This document shows, in pieces, positions 41,901-54,480 of a DNA stretch of 64,000 nt. The stretch's first letter is position 1; each line of letters opens with the position of its first letter. The notes under the pieces are model-generated. The model searched no databases, was not told the origin of the DNA, and was given only the letters and a program-made list of their open reading frames with translations. The position numbers were made by a program, and so were the translations under genes. Location of the stretch: contig JBHGNT010000007.1 in the NCBI GenBank assembly GCA_043228905.1, forward strand, positions 62,001 through 126,000. The letters are read 5' to 3'. The stretch comes from Azolla caroliniana (taxonomy: Eukaryota; Plantae; Polypodiophyta).

Positions 41901-44900
41901 CACAGAAATCCGATATCACACGAGCCAGGTATAAACATTTTAATTTACTCACTGGCACTTCTCAACTCCATCCTCAAATAAGCTAATTTCCTCATGTCTC
42001 TCGACCTGGGTTTCAAAATCTTGATTTTTTAATTCTATATCATAGCTAGCATTGTTAGCTTCGATTCGCATGTTTGAACACAAAAATCCGATATCACACG
42101 AGCCAGATATGAACATTTTAATTTACTGACACACTCTTCTCCACTACCTCCTCAAATTTGCTAATTTCCTCATGTCTCTCGACCTGAGTTTCAAAATCTT
42201 GATTTTTTTTATTTTATATCATAGCTAGCGTTCTTAGCTTCGATTCGCATGTTTGAACACAAAAATCCGATATCACACGAGCGAGGTATGAACATTTTAA
42301 TTTATTGGCACACTCTTCTCCACTACCTCCTCAAATAAGCTAATTTCGTCATGTCTCTCGACCTGAGTTCCAAAACCTTGATTTTTTAATTCTATATCAT
42401 AGCTAGCGTTGTTAGCTTCGTTTCGCATGTTTGAACACAGAAATCCGATATCACACGAGCCAGGTATAAACATTTTAATTTACTCACTGGCACTTCTCAA
42501 CTCCATCCTCAAATAAGCTAATTTCCTCATGTCTCTCGACCTTGCTTTCAAAATCTCGAAATTTTACTTCTATATCATTGCTAGCGTTGTTAGCTTCGAT
42601 TCGCATGTTTGAACACAAAAATCCGATATCACACGAGCGAGGTATGAACATTTTAATTTACTGACACACTCTTCTCCACTACCTCCTCAAATTTGCTAAT
42701 TTCCTCATGTCTCTCGACATGAGTTTCAAAATCTTGATTATTTATTTCCATATCATAGCTAGCGTTGTTAGCTTCGTTTCGCATGTTTGAACAGAGAAAT
42801 CCGAAATCACACGAGCCAGGTATGAACATTTTAATTTACTCACTGGCTCTTCTCAACTCTATTATCAAATAAGCTAATTTCCTCATGTCTCTCGACCTGG
42901 GTTTCAAAATCTTGATTTTTTAATTCTATATCATACCTAGCATTGTTAGCTTCGATTCGCATGTTTGAACGCAAAAATCCGATATCACAAGAGCCAGGTA
43001 TGAACATTTTAATTTACTGACACACTCTTCTCCACTACCTCCTCAAATTTGCTAATTTCCTCATGTCTCTCGACCTGAGTTTCAAAATCTTGATTTTTTA
43101 ATTTTATATCATAGCTAGCGTTGTTAGCTTCGATTCGCATGTTTGAACACAAAAATCCGATATCACACGAGCGAGGTATGAACATTTTAATTAATTGACA
43201 CACTCTTCTCCACTACCTCCTCAAATAAGCTAATTTCCTCATGTCTCTCGACCTGAGTTTCAAAACCTTGATTTTTTAATTCTATATCATAGCTAGCGTT
43301 GTTAGCTTCGTTTCGCATGTTTGAACACAGAAATCCGATATCACACGAGCCAGGTATAAACATTTTAATTTACTCACTGGCACTTCTCAACTCCATCCTC
43401 AAATAAGCTAATTTCCTCATGTCTCTCGACCTTGGTTTCAAAATCTTGAATTTTTACTTCTATATCATTGCTAGCGTTGTTAGCTTCGATTCGCATGTTT
43501 GAACACAAAAATCCGATATCACACGAGCCAGGTATGAACATTTTAATTTACTGACACACTCTTCTCCACTACCTCCTCAAATTTGCTAATTTCCTCATGT
43601 CTCTCGACTTGAGTTTCAAAATCTTGATTATTTATTTCCATATCATAGCTAGCGTTGTTAGCTTCGTTTCGCATGTTTGAACAGAGAAATCCGAAATCAC
43701 ACGAGCCAGGTATGAACATTTTAATTTACTCACTGGCTCTTCTCAACTCCATTATCAAATAAGCTAATTTCCTCATGTCTCTCGACCTGGGTTTCAAAAT
43801 CTTGATTTTTTAATTCTATATCATACCTAGCATTGTTAGCTTCGATTCGCATGTTTGAACGCAAAAATCCGATATCACAAGAGCCAGGTATGAACATTTT
43901 AATTTACTGACACACTCTTCTCCACTACCTCCTCAAATTTGCTAATTTCCTCATGTCTCTCGACCTGAGTTTCAAAATCTTGATTTTTTAATTTTATATC
44001 ATAGCTAGCGTTGTTAGCTTCGATTCGCATGTTTGAACACAAAAATCCGATATCACACGAGCGAGGTATGAACATTTTAATTAATTGACACACTCTTCTC
44101 CACTACCTCCTCAAATAAGCTAATTTCCTCATGTCTCTCGACCTGAGTTTCAAAACCTTGAATTTTTAATTCTATATCATAGCTAGCGTTGTTAGCTTCG
44201 TTTCGCATGTTTGAACACAGAAATCCGATATCACACGAGCCAGGTATAAACATTTTAATTTACTCACTGGCACTTCTCAACTCCATCCTCAAATAAGCTA
44301 ATTTCCTCATGTCTCTCGCCTTGCTTTCAAAATCGTGAATTTTTACTTCTATATCATTTCTAGCGTTGTTTGCTTCGATTCGCATGTTTGAACACAAAAA
44401 TCCGATATCACACGAGCAAGGTATGAACATTTTAATTTACTGACACACTCTTCTCCACTACCTCCTCAAATTTGCTAATTTCCTCATGTCTCTCGACTTG
44501 AGTTTCAAAATCTTGATTTTTTATTTCCATATCATAGCTAGCGTTGTTAGCTTCGTTTCGCATGTTTGAACAGAGAAATCCGAAATCACACGAGCCAGGT
44601 ATGAACATTTTAATTTACTCACTGGCTCTTCTCAACTCCATCTTCAAATAAGCTAATTTCCTCATGTCTCTCGACCTGGGTTTCAAAATCTTGATTTTTT
44701 AATTCTATATCATAGCTAGCATTGTTAGCTTCGCTTCGCATGTTTGAACGCAAAAATCCGATATCACACGAGCCAGATATAAACATTTTAATTTACTGAC
44801 ACACTCTTCTCCACTACCTCCTCAAATTTGCTAATTTCCTCATGTCTCTCGACCTGAGTTTCAAAATATTGATTTTTTAATTTTATATCATAGCTAGCGT

Positions 44901-47900
44901 TCTTAGCTTCGATTCGCATGTTTGAACACAAAAATCCGATATCACACGAGCGAGGTATGAACATTTTAATTTATTGGCACACTCTTCTCCACTACCTCCT
45001 CAAATAAGCTAATTTCGTCATGTCTCTTGACCTGAGTTCCAAAACCTTGATTTTTTAATTCTATATCATAGCTAGCGTTGTTAGCTTCGTTTCGCATGTT
45101 TGAACACAGAAATCCGATATCACACGAGCCAGGTATAAACATTTTAATTTACTCACTAGCACTTCTCAACTCCATCCTCAAATAAGCTAATTTCCTCATG
45201 TCTCTCGACCTTGCTTTCAAAATCTCGAAATTTTACTTCTATATCATTGCTAGCGTTGTTAGCTTCGATTCGCATGTTTGAACACAAAAATCCGATATCA
45301 CACGAGCGAGGTATGAACATTTTAATTTACTGACACACTCTTCTCCACTACCTCCTCAAAATTTGCTAATTTCCTCATGTCTCTCGACCTGAGTTTCAAA
45401 ATCTTGATTTTTTAATTTTATATCATAGCTAGCGTTGTTAGCTTCGTTTCGCATGTTTAAACACAGAAATCCGATATCACACGAGCCAGGTATAAACATT
45501 TTAATTTACTCACTGGCACTTCTCAACTCCATCCTCAAATAAGCTAATTTCCTCATGTCTCTCGACCTAGGTTTTAAAATCTTTCATTTTTAATTGTATA
45601 TCATAGCTAGCGTTGTTAGCTTCGATTCGCATGTTTGAACACAAAAATCCGATATCACACGAGCGAGGTATGAACATTTTAATTTATTGACACACTCTTC
45701 TCCACTACCTCCTCAAATAAGCTAATTTCCTCATGTCTCTCGACCTGAGTTTCAAAACCTTGATTTTTTAATTCTATATCATAGCTAGCGTTGTTAGCTT
45801 CGTTTCGCATGTTTGAACACAGAAATCCGATATCACACGAGCCAGGTATAAACATTTTAATTTACTCACTGGCACTTCTCAACTCCATCCTCAAATAAGC
45901 TAATTTCCTCATGTCTCTCGACCTTGCTTTCAAAATCGTGAATTTTTACTTCTATATCATTACTAGCGTTGTTTGCTTCGATTCGCATGTTTGAACACAA
46001 AAATCCGATATCACACGAGCAAGGTATGAACATTTTAATTTACTGACAAACTCTTCTCCACTACCTCCTCAAATTTGCTAATTTCGTCATGTCTCTCGAC
46101 CTGAGTTTCAAAATCTTGATTTTTTAATTCTATATTATAGCTAGCGTTGTTAGCTTCGATTCGCATGTTTGAACACAGAAATCCGATATCACACGAGCCA
46201 GATATGAACATTTTAATTTACTGACGCACTCTTTTCTACTGCCTCCTCAAAATTTGCTAATTTTCTCATGTCTCTCGACCTGAGTTTCAAAATCTTGATT
46301 TTTTAATTCTATATTATGGCTAGCGTTCTTAGCTTCGATTCGCATGTTTGAACACAAAAATCCGATATCACAGGAGCCAGGCATGAACATTTTAATTTAC
46401 TGACATACTCTTCTCCAAAGCCTCCTCAAATAAGCTAATTTCCTCATGTCTCTCGACCTGGCTTTCTAAATCTTGAATTTTTACTTCTATATCATAGCTA
46501 GGATTGTTAGCTTCGATTCGCATGTTTGAACACAAAAATCCGATATCACACGAGCCAGATATGAACATTTTAATTTACTGACACACTCTTCTCCACTACC
46601 TCCTCAAATTTGCTAATTTCCTCATGTCTCTCGACCTGAGTTTCAAAATCTTGATTTTTTAATTTTATATCATAGCTAGCGTTCTTAGCTTCGATTCGCA
46701 TGTTTGAACACAAAAATCCGATATCACACGAGCGAGGTATGAACATTTTAATTTATTGGCACACTCTTCTCCACTACCTCCTCAAATAAGCTTATTTCGT
46801 CATGTCTCTCGACCTGAGTTCCAAAACCTTGATTTTTTAATTCTATATCATAGCTAGCGTTGTTAGCTTCGTTTCGCATGTTTGAACACAGAAATCCGAT
46901 ATAACACGAGCCAGGTATAAACATTTTAATTTACTCACTGGCACTTCTCAACTCCATCCTCAAATAAGCTAATTTCCTCATGTCTCTCGACCTAGGTTTT
47001 AAAATCTTTAATTTTTAATTGTATATCATAGCTAGCGTTGTTAGCTTCGATTCGCATGTTTGAACACAAAAATCCGATATCACACGAGCGAGGTATGAAC
47101 ATTTTAATTTATTGACACACTCTTCTCCACTACCTCCTCAAATAAGCTAATTTCCTCATGTCTCTCGACCTGAGTTTCAAAACCTTGATTTTTTAATTCT
47201 ATATCATAGCTAGCGTTGTTAGCTTCGTTTCGCATGTTTGAACACAGAAATCCGATATCACACGAGCAGGTATAAACATTTTAATTTACTCACTGGCACT
47301 TCTCAACTCCATCCTCAAATAAGCTAATTTCCTCATGTCTCTCGACCTGGGTTTCAAAATCTTGATTTTTTAATTCTATATCATAGCTAGCATTGTTAGC
47401 TTCGATTCGCATGTTTGAACACAAAAATCCGATATCACACGAGCCAGATATGAACATTTTAATTTACTGACACACTCTTCTCCACTACCTCCTCAAATTT
47501 GCTAATTTCCTCATGTCTCTCGACCTGAGTTTCAAAATCTTGATTTTTTTTATTTTATATCATAGGTAGCGTTCTTAGCTTCGATTCGCATGTTTGAACA
47601 CAAAAATCCGATATCACACGAGCGAGGTATGAACATTTTAATTTATTGGCACACTCTTCTCCACTACCTCCTCAAATAAGCTAATTTCGTCATGTCTCTC
47701 GACCTGAGTTCCAAAACCTTGATTTTTTAATTCTATATCATAGCTAGCATTGTTAGCTTCGTTTCGCATGTTTGAACACAGAAATCCGATATCACACGAG
47801 CCAGGTATAAACATTTTAATTTACTCACTGGCACTTCTCAACTCCATCCTCAAATAAGCTAATTTCCTCATGTCTCTCGACCTTGCTTTCAAAATCGTGA

Positions 47901-50900
47901 ATTTTTACTTCTATATCATTACTAGCGTTGTTTGCTTCGATTCGCATGTTTGAACACAAAAATCCGATATCACACGAGCAAGGTATGAACATTTTAATTT
48001 ACTGACAAACTCTTCTCCACTACCTCCTCAAATTTGCTAATTTCGTCATGTCTCTCGACCTGAGTTTCAAAATCTTGATTTTTTAATTCTATATTATAGC
48101 TAGCGTTGTTAGCTTCGATTCGCATGTTTGAACACAGAAATCCGATATCACACGAGCCAGATATGAACATTTTAATTTACTGACGCACTCTTTTCTACTG
48201 CCTCCTCAAAATTTGCTAATTTTCTCATGTCTCTCGACCTGAGTTTCAAAATCTTGATTTTTTAATTCTATATTATGGCTAGCGTTCTTAGCTTCGATTC
48301 GCATGTTTGAACACAAAAATCCGATATCACAGGAGCCAGGCATGAACATTTTAATTTACTGACATACTCTTCTCCAAAGCCTCCTCAAATAAGCTAATTT
48401 CCTCATGTCTCTCGACCTGGCTTTCTAAATCTTGAATTTTTACTTCTATATCATAGCTAGGATTGTTAGCTTCGATTCGCATGTTTGAACACAAAAATCC
48501 GATATCACACGAGCCAGATATGAACATTTTAATTTACTGACACACTCTTCTCCACTACCTCCTCAAATTTGCTAATTTCCTCATGTCTCTCGACCTGAGT
48601 TTCAAAATCTTGATTTTTTAATTTTATATCATAGCTAGCGTTCTTAGCTTCGATTCGCATGTTTGAACACAAAAATCCGATATCACACGAGCGAGGTATG
48701 AACATTTTAATTTATTGGCACACTCTTCTCCACTACCTCCTCAAATAAGCTTATTTCGTCATGTCTCTCGACCTGAGTTCCAAAACCTTGATTTTTTAAT
48801 TCTATATCATAGCTAGCGTTGTTAGCTTCGTTTCGCATGTTTGAACACAGAAATCCGATATAACACGAGCCAGGTATAAACATTTTAATTTACTCACTGG
48901 CACTTCTCAACTCCATCCTCAAATAAGCTAATTTCCTCATGTCTCTCGACCTAGGTTTTAAAATCTTTAATTTTTAATTGTATATCATAGCTAGCGTTGT
49001 TAGCTTCGATTCGCATGTTTGAACACAAAAATCCGATATCACACGAGCGAGGTATGAACATTTTAATTTATTGACACACTCTTCTCCACTACCTCCTCAA
49101 ATAAGCTAATTTCCTCATGTCTCTCGACCTGAGTTTCAAAACCTTGATTTTTTAATTCTATATCATAGCTAGCGTTGTTAGCTTCGTTTCGCATGTTTGA
49201 ACACAGAAATCCGATATCACACGAGCAGGTATAAACATTTTAATTTACTCACTGGCACTTCTCAACTCCATCCTCAAATAAGCTAATTTCCTCATGTCTC
49301 TCGACCTGGGTTTCAAAATCTTGATTTTTTAATTCTATATCATAGCTAGCATTGTTAGCTTCGATTCGCATGTTTGAACACAAAAATCCGATATCACACG
49401 AGCCAGATATGAACATTTTAATTTACTGACACACTCTTCTCCACTACCTCCTCAAATTTGCTAATTTCCTCATGTCTCTCGACCTGAGTTTCAAAATCTT
49501 GATTTTTTTTATTTTATATCATAGGTAGCGTTCTTAGCTTCGATTCGCATGTTTGAACACAAAAATCCGATATCACACGAGCGAGGTATGAACATTTTAA
49601 TTTATTGGCACACTCTTCTCCACTACCTCCTCAAATAAGCTAATTTCGTCATGTCTCTCGACCTGAGTTCCAAAACCTTGATTTTTTAATTCTATATCAT
49701 AGCTAGCATTGTTAGCTTCGTTTCGCATGTTTGAACACAGAAATCCGATATCACACGAGCCAGGTATAAACATTTTAATTTACTCACTGGCACTTCTCAA
49801 CTCCATCCTCAAATAAGCTAATTTCCTCATGTCTCTCGACCTTGCTTTCAAAATCTCGAAATTTTACTTCTATATCATTGCTAGCGTTGTTAGCTTCGAT
49901 TCGCATGTTTGAACACAAAAATCCGATATCACACGAGCGAGGTATGAACATTTTAATTTACTGACACACTCTTCTCCACTACCTCCTCAAAATTTGCTAA
50001 TTTCCTCATGTCTCTCGACCTGAGTTTCAAAATCTTGATTTTTTAATTCCATATCATAGCTAGCGTTGTTAGCTTCGTTTCGCATGTTTGAACACAGAAA
50101 TCCGAAATCACACGAGCCTGGTATGAACATTTTAATTTACTCACTGGCTCTTCTCAACTCCATCATCAAATAAGCTAATTTCCTCATGTCTCTCGACCTG
50201 GGTTTCAAAATCTTGATTTTTTAATTCTATATCATAGCTAGCATTGTTTGCTTCGATTCGCATGTTTGAACACAAAAATCCGATATCACAAGAGCCAGGT
50301 ATGAACATTTTAATTTACTGACACACTCTTCTGCACTACCTCCTCAAATTTGCTACTTTCCTCATGTCTGTCGACCTGAGGTTCAAAATCTTGATTTTTT
50401 AATTCTATATTATAGCTAGCGTTGTTAGCTTCGTTTCACATGTTTGAACACAGAAATCCGATATCACACGAGCCAGGTATGAACATTTTAATTTACTGAC
50501 ACACTCTTCTCCACTACCTCCTCAAATTTGCTAATTTCCTCATGTCTCTCGACCTGAGTTTCAAAATCTTGATTTTTTAATACTATATCATAGCTAGCGT
50601 TGTAAGTTTCGTTTCGCATGTTTGAACACAGAAATCTGATATCACACGAGCCAGGTATGAACATTTTAATTTACTCACTAGTTCTTCTCAACTCTATCCT
50701 CAAATAAGCTAATTTCCTCATGTCTCTCGACCTTGCTTTCAAAATCTGGAATTTTTACTTCTATCATAGCTAGCGTTGTTAGCTTCGATTCGCATGTTTG
50801 AACACAAAAATCCGATATCACACGAGCCAGGTATGAACATTTTAATTTACTGACACACTCTTCTCCACTACCTCCCCAAATTTGCTAATTTCCTCATGTC

Positions 50901-52499
50901 TCTCGACCTGAGTTTCAAAATCATGATTTTTTAATTCTATATCATAGCTAGCGTTGTTAGCTTCGATTCACATGTTTGAACACAAAAATCCGATATCACA
51001 CGAGCCAGGTATGAACATTTTAATTTATTGACATACTCTTCTCCACTACCTCCTCAAATAAGCTAATTTCGTCATGTCTCTCGACCTAAGTTCCAAAACC
51101 TTGATTTTTTAATTCTATATCATAGCTAGCGTTGTTAGCTTCGTTTCGCATGTTTGAAGACAGAAATCCGATATCACACGAGCCAGGTATAAACATTTTA
51201 ATTTACTCATTGGCACTTCTCAACTCCATCCTAAAATAATCTAATTTCCTCATGTCTCTCGACCTTGCTTTCAAAATCTTGAATTTTTACTTCTATATCA
51301 TTGCTAGCGTTGTTAGCCTCGATTCGCATGTTTGAACACAAAAATCCGATATCACACGAGCCAGGTATGAACATTTTAATTTACTGACACACTCTTGTCC
51401 ACTACCTCCTCAAATTTGCTAATTTCCTCATGTACCTCGACCTGAGTTTCAAAATCTTGATTTTTTAATTCTATATTATGGCTAGCGTTCTTAGCTTCGA
51501 TTCGCATGTTTGAACACAAAAATCCGATATCACAGGAGCCAGGTATGAATATTTTAATTTACTGACATACTCTTCTCCAAAGCCTCCTCAAATTTGCTAA
51601 TTTCCTCATGTCTCTCGACCTGGCTTTCAAAATCTTGAATTTTTACTTCTATATCATAGCTAGGATTGTTAGCTTCGATTCGCATGTTTGAACACAAAAA
51701 TCTGATATCACACGAGCCAGATATGAACATTTTAATTTACTGACACACTCTTCTCCACTACCTCCTCAAATTTGCTAATTTCCTCATGTCTCTCGACCTG
51801 AGTTTCAAAATCTTGATTTTTTAATTCTATATCATAGCTGACGTTGTTTGCTTCGATTCGCATGTTTGAATACAAAAATCCGATATCACACGAGCCAGAT
51901 ATGAACATTTTAATTTACTGACACACTCTTCTCCACTACCTCCTCAAATTTGATAATTTCCTCATGTCTCTCGACCTGAGTTTCAAAATCTTGATTTTTT
52001 AATTCTATATCATAGCTAGCGTTGTTAGCTTCGTTTCGCATGTTTGAACACAGAAATCCGATATCACACGAGCCAGGTATAAACATTTTAATTTACTGAC
52101 ACACTCTTCTCCACTACCTCCTCAAATTTGCTAATTTCCTCATGTCTCTCGACCTGAGTTTCAAAATTTTGATTTTTTAATTCTATATTATGGCTAGCAT
52201 TGTTAGCTTCGATTCGCATGTTTGAACACAAAAATCCGATATCACAGGAGCAAGGTATGAACATTTTAATTTACTGACATACTCTTCTCCAAAGCCTTCT
52301 CAAATTTGCTAATTTCCTCATGTCTCTCGACCTGAGTTTCAAAATCTTGAATTTTTAAGTCTATATTATAGCTAGCGTTGTTAGCTTCGATTCGCATGTT
52401 TGAACACAAAAATCCGATATCACACGAGCGAGGTATGAACATTTTAATTTACTGACACACTCTTCTCCACTGCCTCCTCAAATTTGCTAATTTCCTCAT
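35972..52499. repeat. 178-bp tandem satellite array, block 2 (about 93 monomers); true right edge of the array
   Basis: Same monomer and orientation. It resumes mid-monomer at AATTTTACTTCTATATC (35972) and ends at ...TTTCCTCAT (52499), the same monomer position as block 1. Confidence 0.98.
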
Positions 52500-52775
52500 A
52501 TATTTACAAGAAGATGATTTCAACCAATAGTTACAAAGGGGGGAGAAGAGGGTGCTTATAAGGTCGCCCTCTCTCAACATTCTCTCACTAAAATGACCTC
52601 TCGGGAAGGGGGGGAATTTTAACAAACTCATTAACTATGTGTCATAAGAGTTACATTGTATGACACATTAATTATTGTTACATAGTGGTGGTATGTTCAG
52701 ACACTTGCATATTCTTAAGGTGTGTTCACACCCTAGAGTAAGTTGAGTTTGAGTCTCAACACGCCCCTTCAAGCT
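52500..52775 (-). mobile_element. Truncated Ty1/copia-like 3' LTR with polypurine tract abutting the array edge
   Basis: Same sequence as 34561-34836: PPT-like tract at 52775-52762 and TG start at 52761. Confidence 0.5.
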
Positions 52776-54480
52776 CAACTTTCGGTGTCGGAAAGTTGGC
52801 ACTTGAGCCTCAAAAGGATTATGTCTTAATTCTTTAGATTGCTTATACACTTGAGCCTCAAAAGAATTATATCTTAATTCTTCACATTGTAGGATAGTGT
52901 GAGGGTTAGTAATTGAGGTTGATCTTCCACTTTCTCATTCAACATTGTGGCACTGAAGCTACAATCAAGGTATGAATTCATAAGCATCTTTATAGCCTAT
53001 TCATGAAACAAAGCCGCCACATCATGTGTCATGGAATAGCTTGAGCATGGAAGAATGAAGGTCAAAAGAAGTTAGACAAAGAGAAGAAGCAAAAACTTGA
53101 CACAAGGAATATGCAAATGGGAAGTTCTTATGTCCTTAGAGTGAACCTTGATAGAACTAACTTCATATGTTGGAAATACAATATCCACCCATTCCTGTGT
53201 TGAGCAAGGGCATCGAGCGACTTTTATGTCAAAAAAAATTATTACATGCCAAATCCACACCAAATAGCAACAAGAGGGCCAACATTGTTCACATGCTTGG
53301 CTAAGAGATGTACAAGCTTTGCAAATGAAAACTTATAAAGACTATGTTCTCACTATAAACATTGGCATGTAATGTCTTGGGGAACATTGAACTCTGTCAC
53401 CATTTTGTTGGTCTACTTCTGTTGGCGGTGTGGTGCTCATGTTCTAATCTACCTTCTACTATAGCAACAATGTTTTTGAAACCAAAACAATACATGACAA
53501 AATCATCCTCTCGTCTAATATTATGGCACTAGAAAATTAGATCATTTAAAAATTGTTTCAATCTACATGGTGTATATTCTTGATGACAAATATGTTTAAC
53601 TTACTCTTGCATTTAGTGGGGTGACAAATATACCATCAAATATATACTGTACTAAATCACTATTAGAATATGAAAGATTAGAAAGAATAAACATTAATAT
53701 AAATAACAAATATATCATAAATAAATAAAACGAGAATAAATCATGTAACCACCTATTATTGTGACTTTTGTACACAATGACAGTACAACACATTCAAGTG
53801 AGATTTGTACACAATGAATGCTCCCACGATTAACTTCCCTTTAAAATGTAGCATCTACCATGATCATAATGTAGTCTCTCTTTTATCATCAAATTAAGTT
53901 ACATATATCCAATTGTTATACTTTGTTAGCTTGTACTTTAAATTCCTACAATAACAATTCCATCAACCAAACTTTCACAATGCTGTAAAGATCAATGTAC
54001 ACCCTAAATTGTAAAAAGTAATCAGGTGGTGTTTGATTATGGGGGATGTGGTATGACTGGAGCATGAGAAATGGGTTCAGAAGCCCATTATGAGAGCTCA
54101 ATAGGCAAGGTTCTTCTAAAGAAGACCAAGAGATCAGTATCACTTAGAAGATTAATGATATTACCGAAATTTGAATCCCAATAGATGGGTTAATAAAATC
54201 GTCAACCACTACAATATAGCTTACTTGCTAATTTTCCAAACATGAATACTTACCACCTTTTTACAAGGATAGATCAACTTCCAGAAAATAAATCATTTGG
54301 ATACAAAAAGAGTGGAGACCATTTTGTAAGTTGCTCCTCAAAGCTTTAAGTATAATGTATTAACACTAGAGTGCCTTCTATTAATCAATACACGTATCAA
54401 AAGGTTGCCAGTAGTCAATGTAGACCAAGATTTCCTCATACAAGTAGCATCAAATATACTCCACATCGTAAAGGTAGCCG

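Larger units (their letters stand above)
35972..53914. repeat. Large tandem segmental duplication, copy 2 (carries about 2315 bp of extra satellite)
   Basis: Near-identical to 20348-35975. The offset changes from 15624 to 17939 across about 41.8-44.3 kb, i.e. 13 extra monomers plus 1 bp. Confidence 0.9.

Noticed and set aside
3744-44093. About 24 near-identical 64-aa minus-strand ORFs (MCQLIKMFIPRSCDIG...) as a tandem gene family
   Set aside because: They are chance open frames spanning A-type monomers, appearing only when the neighbouring variant removes a stop. Most monomers have stops, 178 is not a multiple of 3, and there is no gene structure.
1-52499. CRISPR array or 5S rDNA/tRNA tandem array
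   Set aside because: There are no unique spacers and the context is eukaryotic. No 5S, tRNA or snRNA sequence is recognisable in the monomer.
54220-54445. Short satellite-like words in the flank (TTGCTAATTT, ATTTCCTCAT) as the origin of the satellite
   Set aside because: These are 10-11 bp AT-rich matches expected by chance, with no extended alignment.
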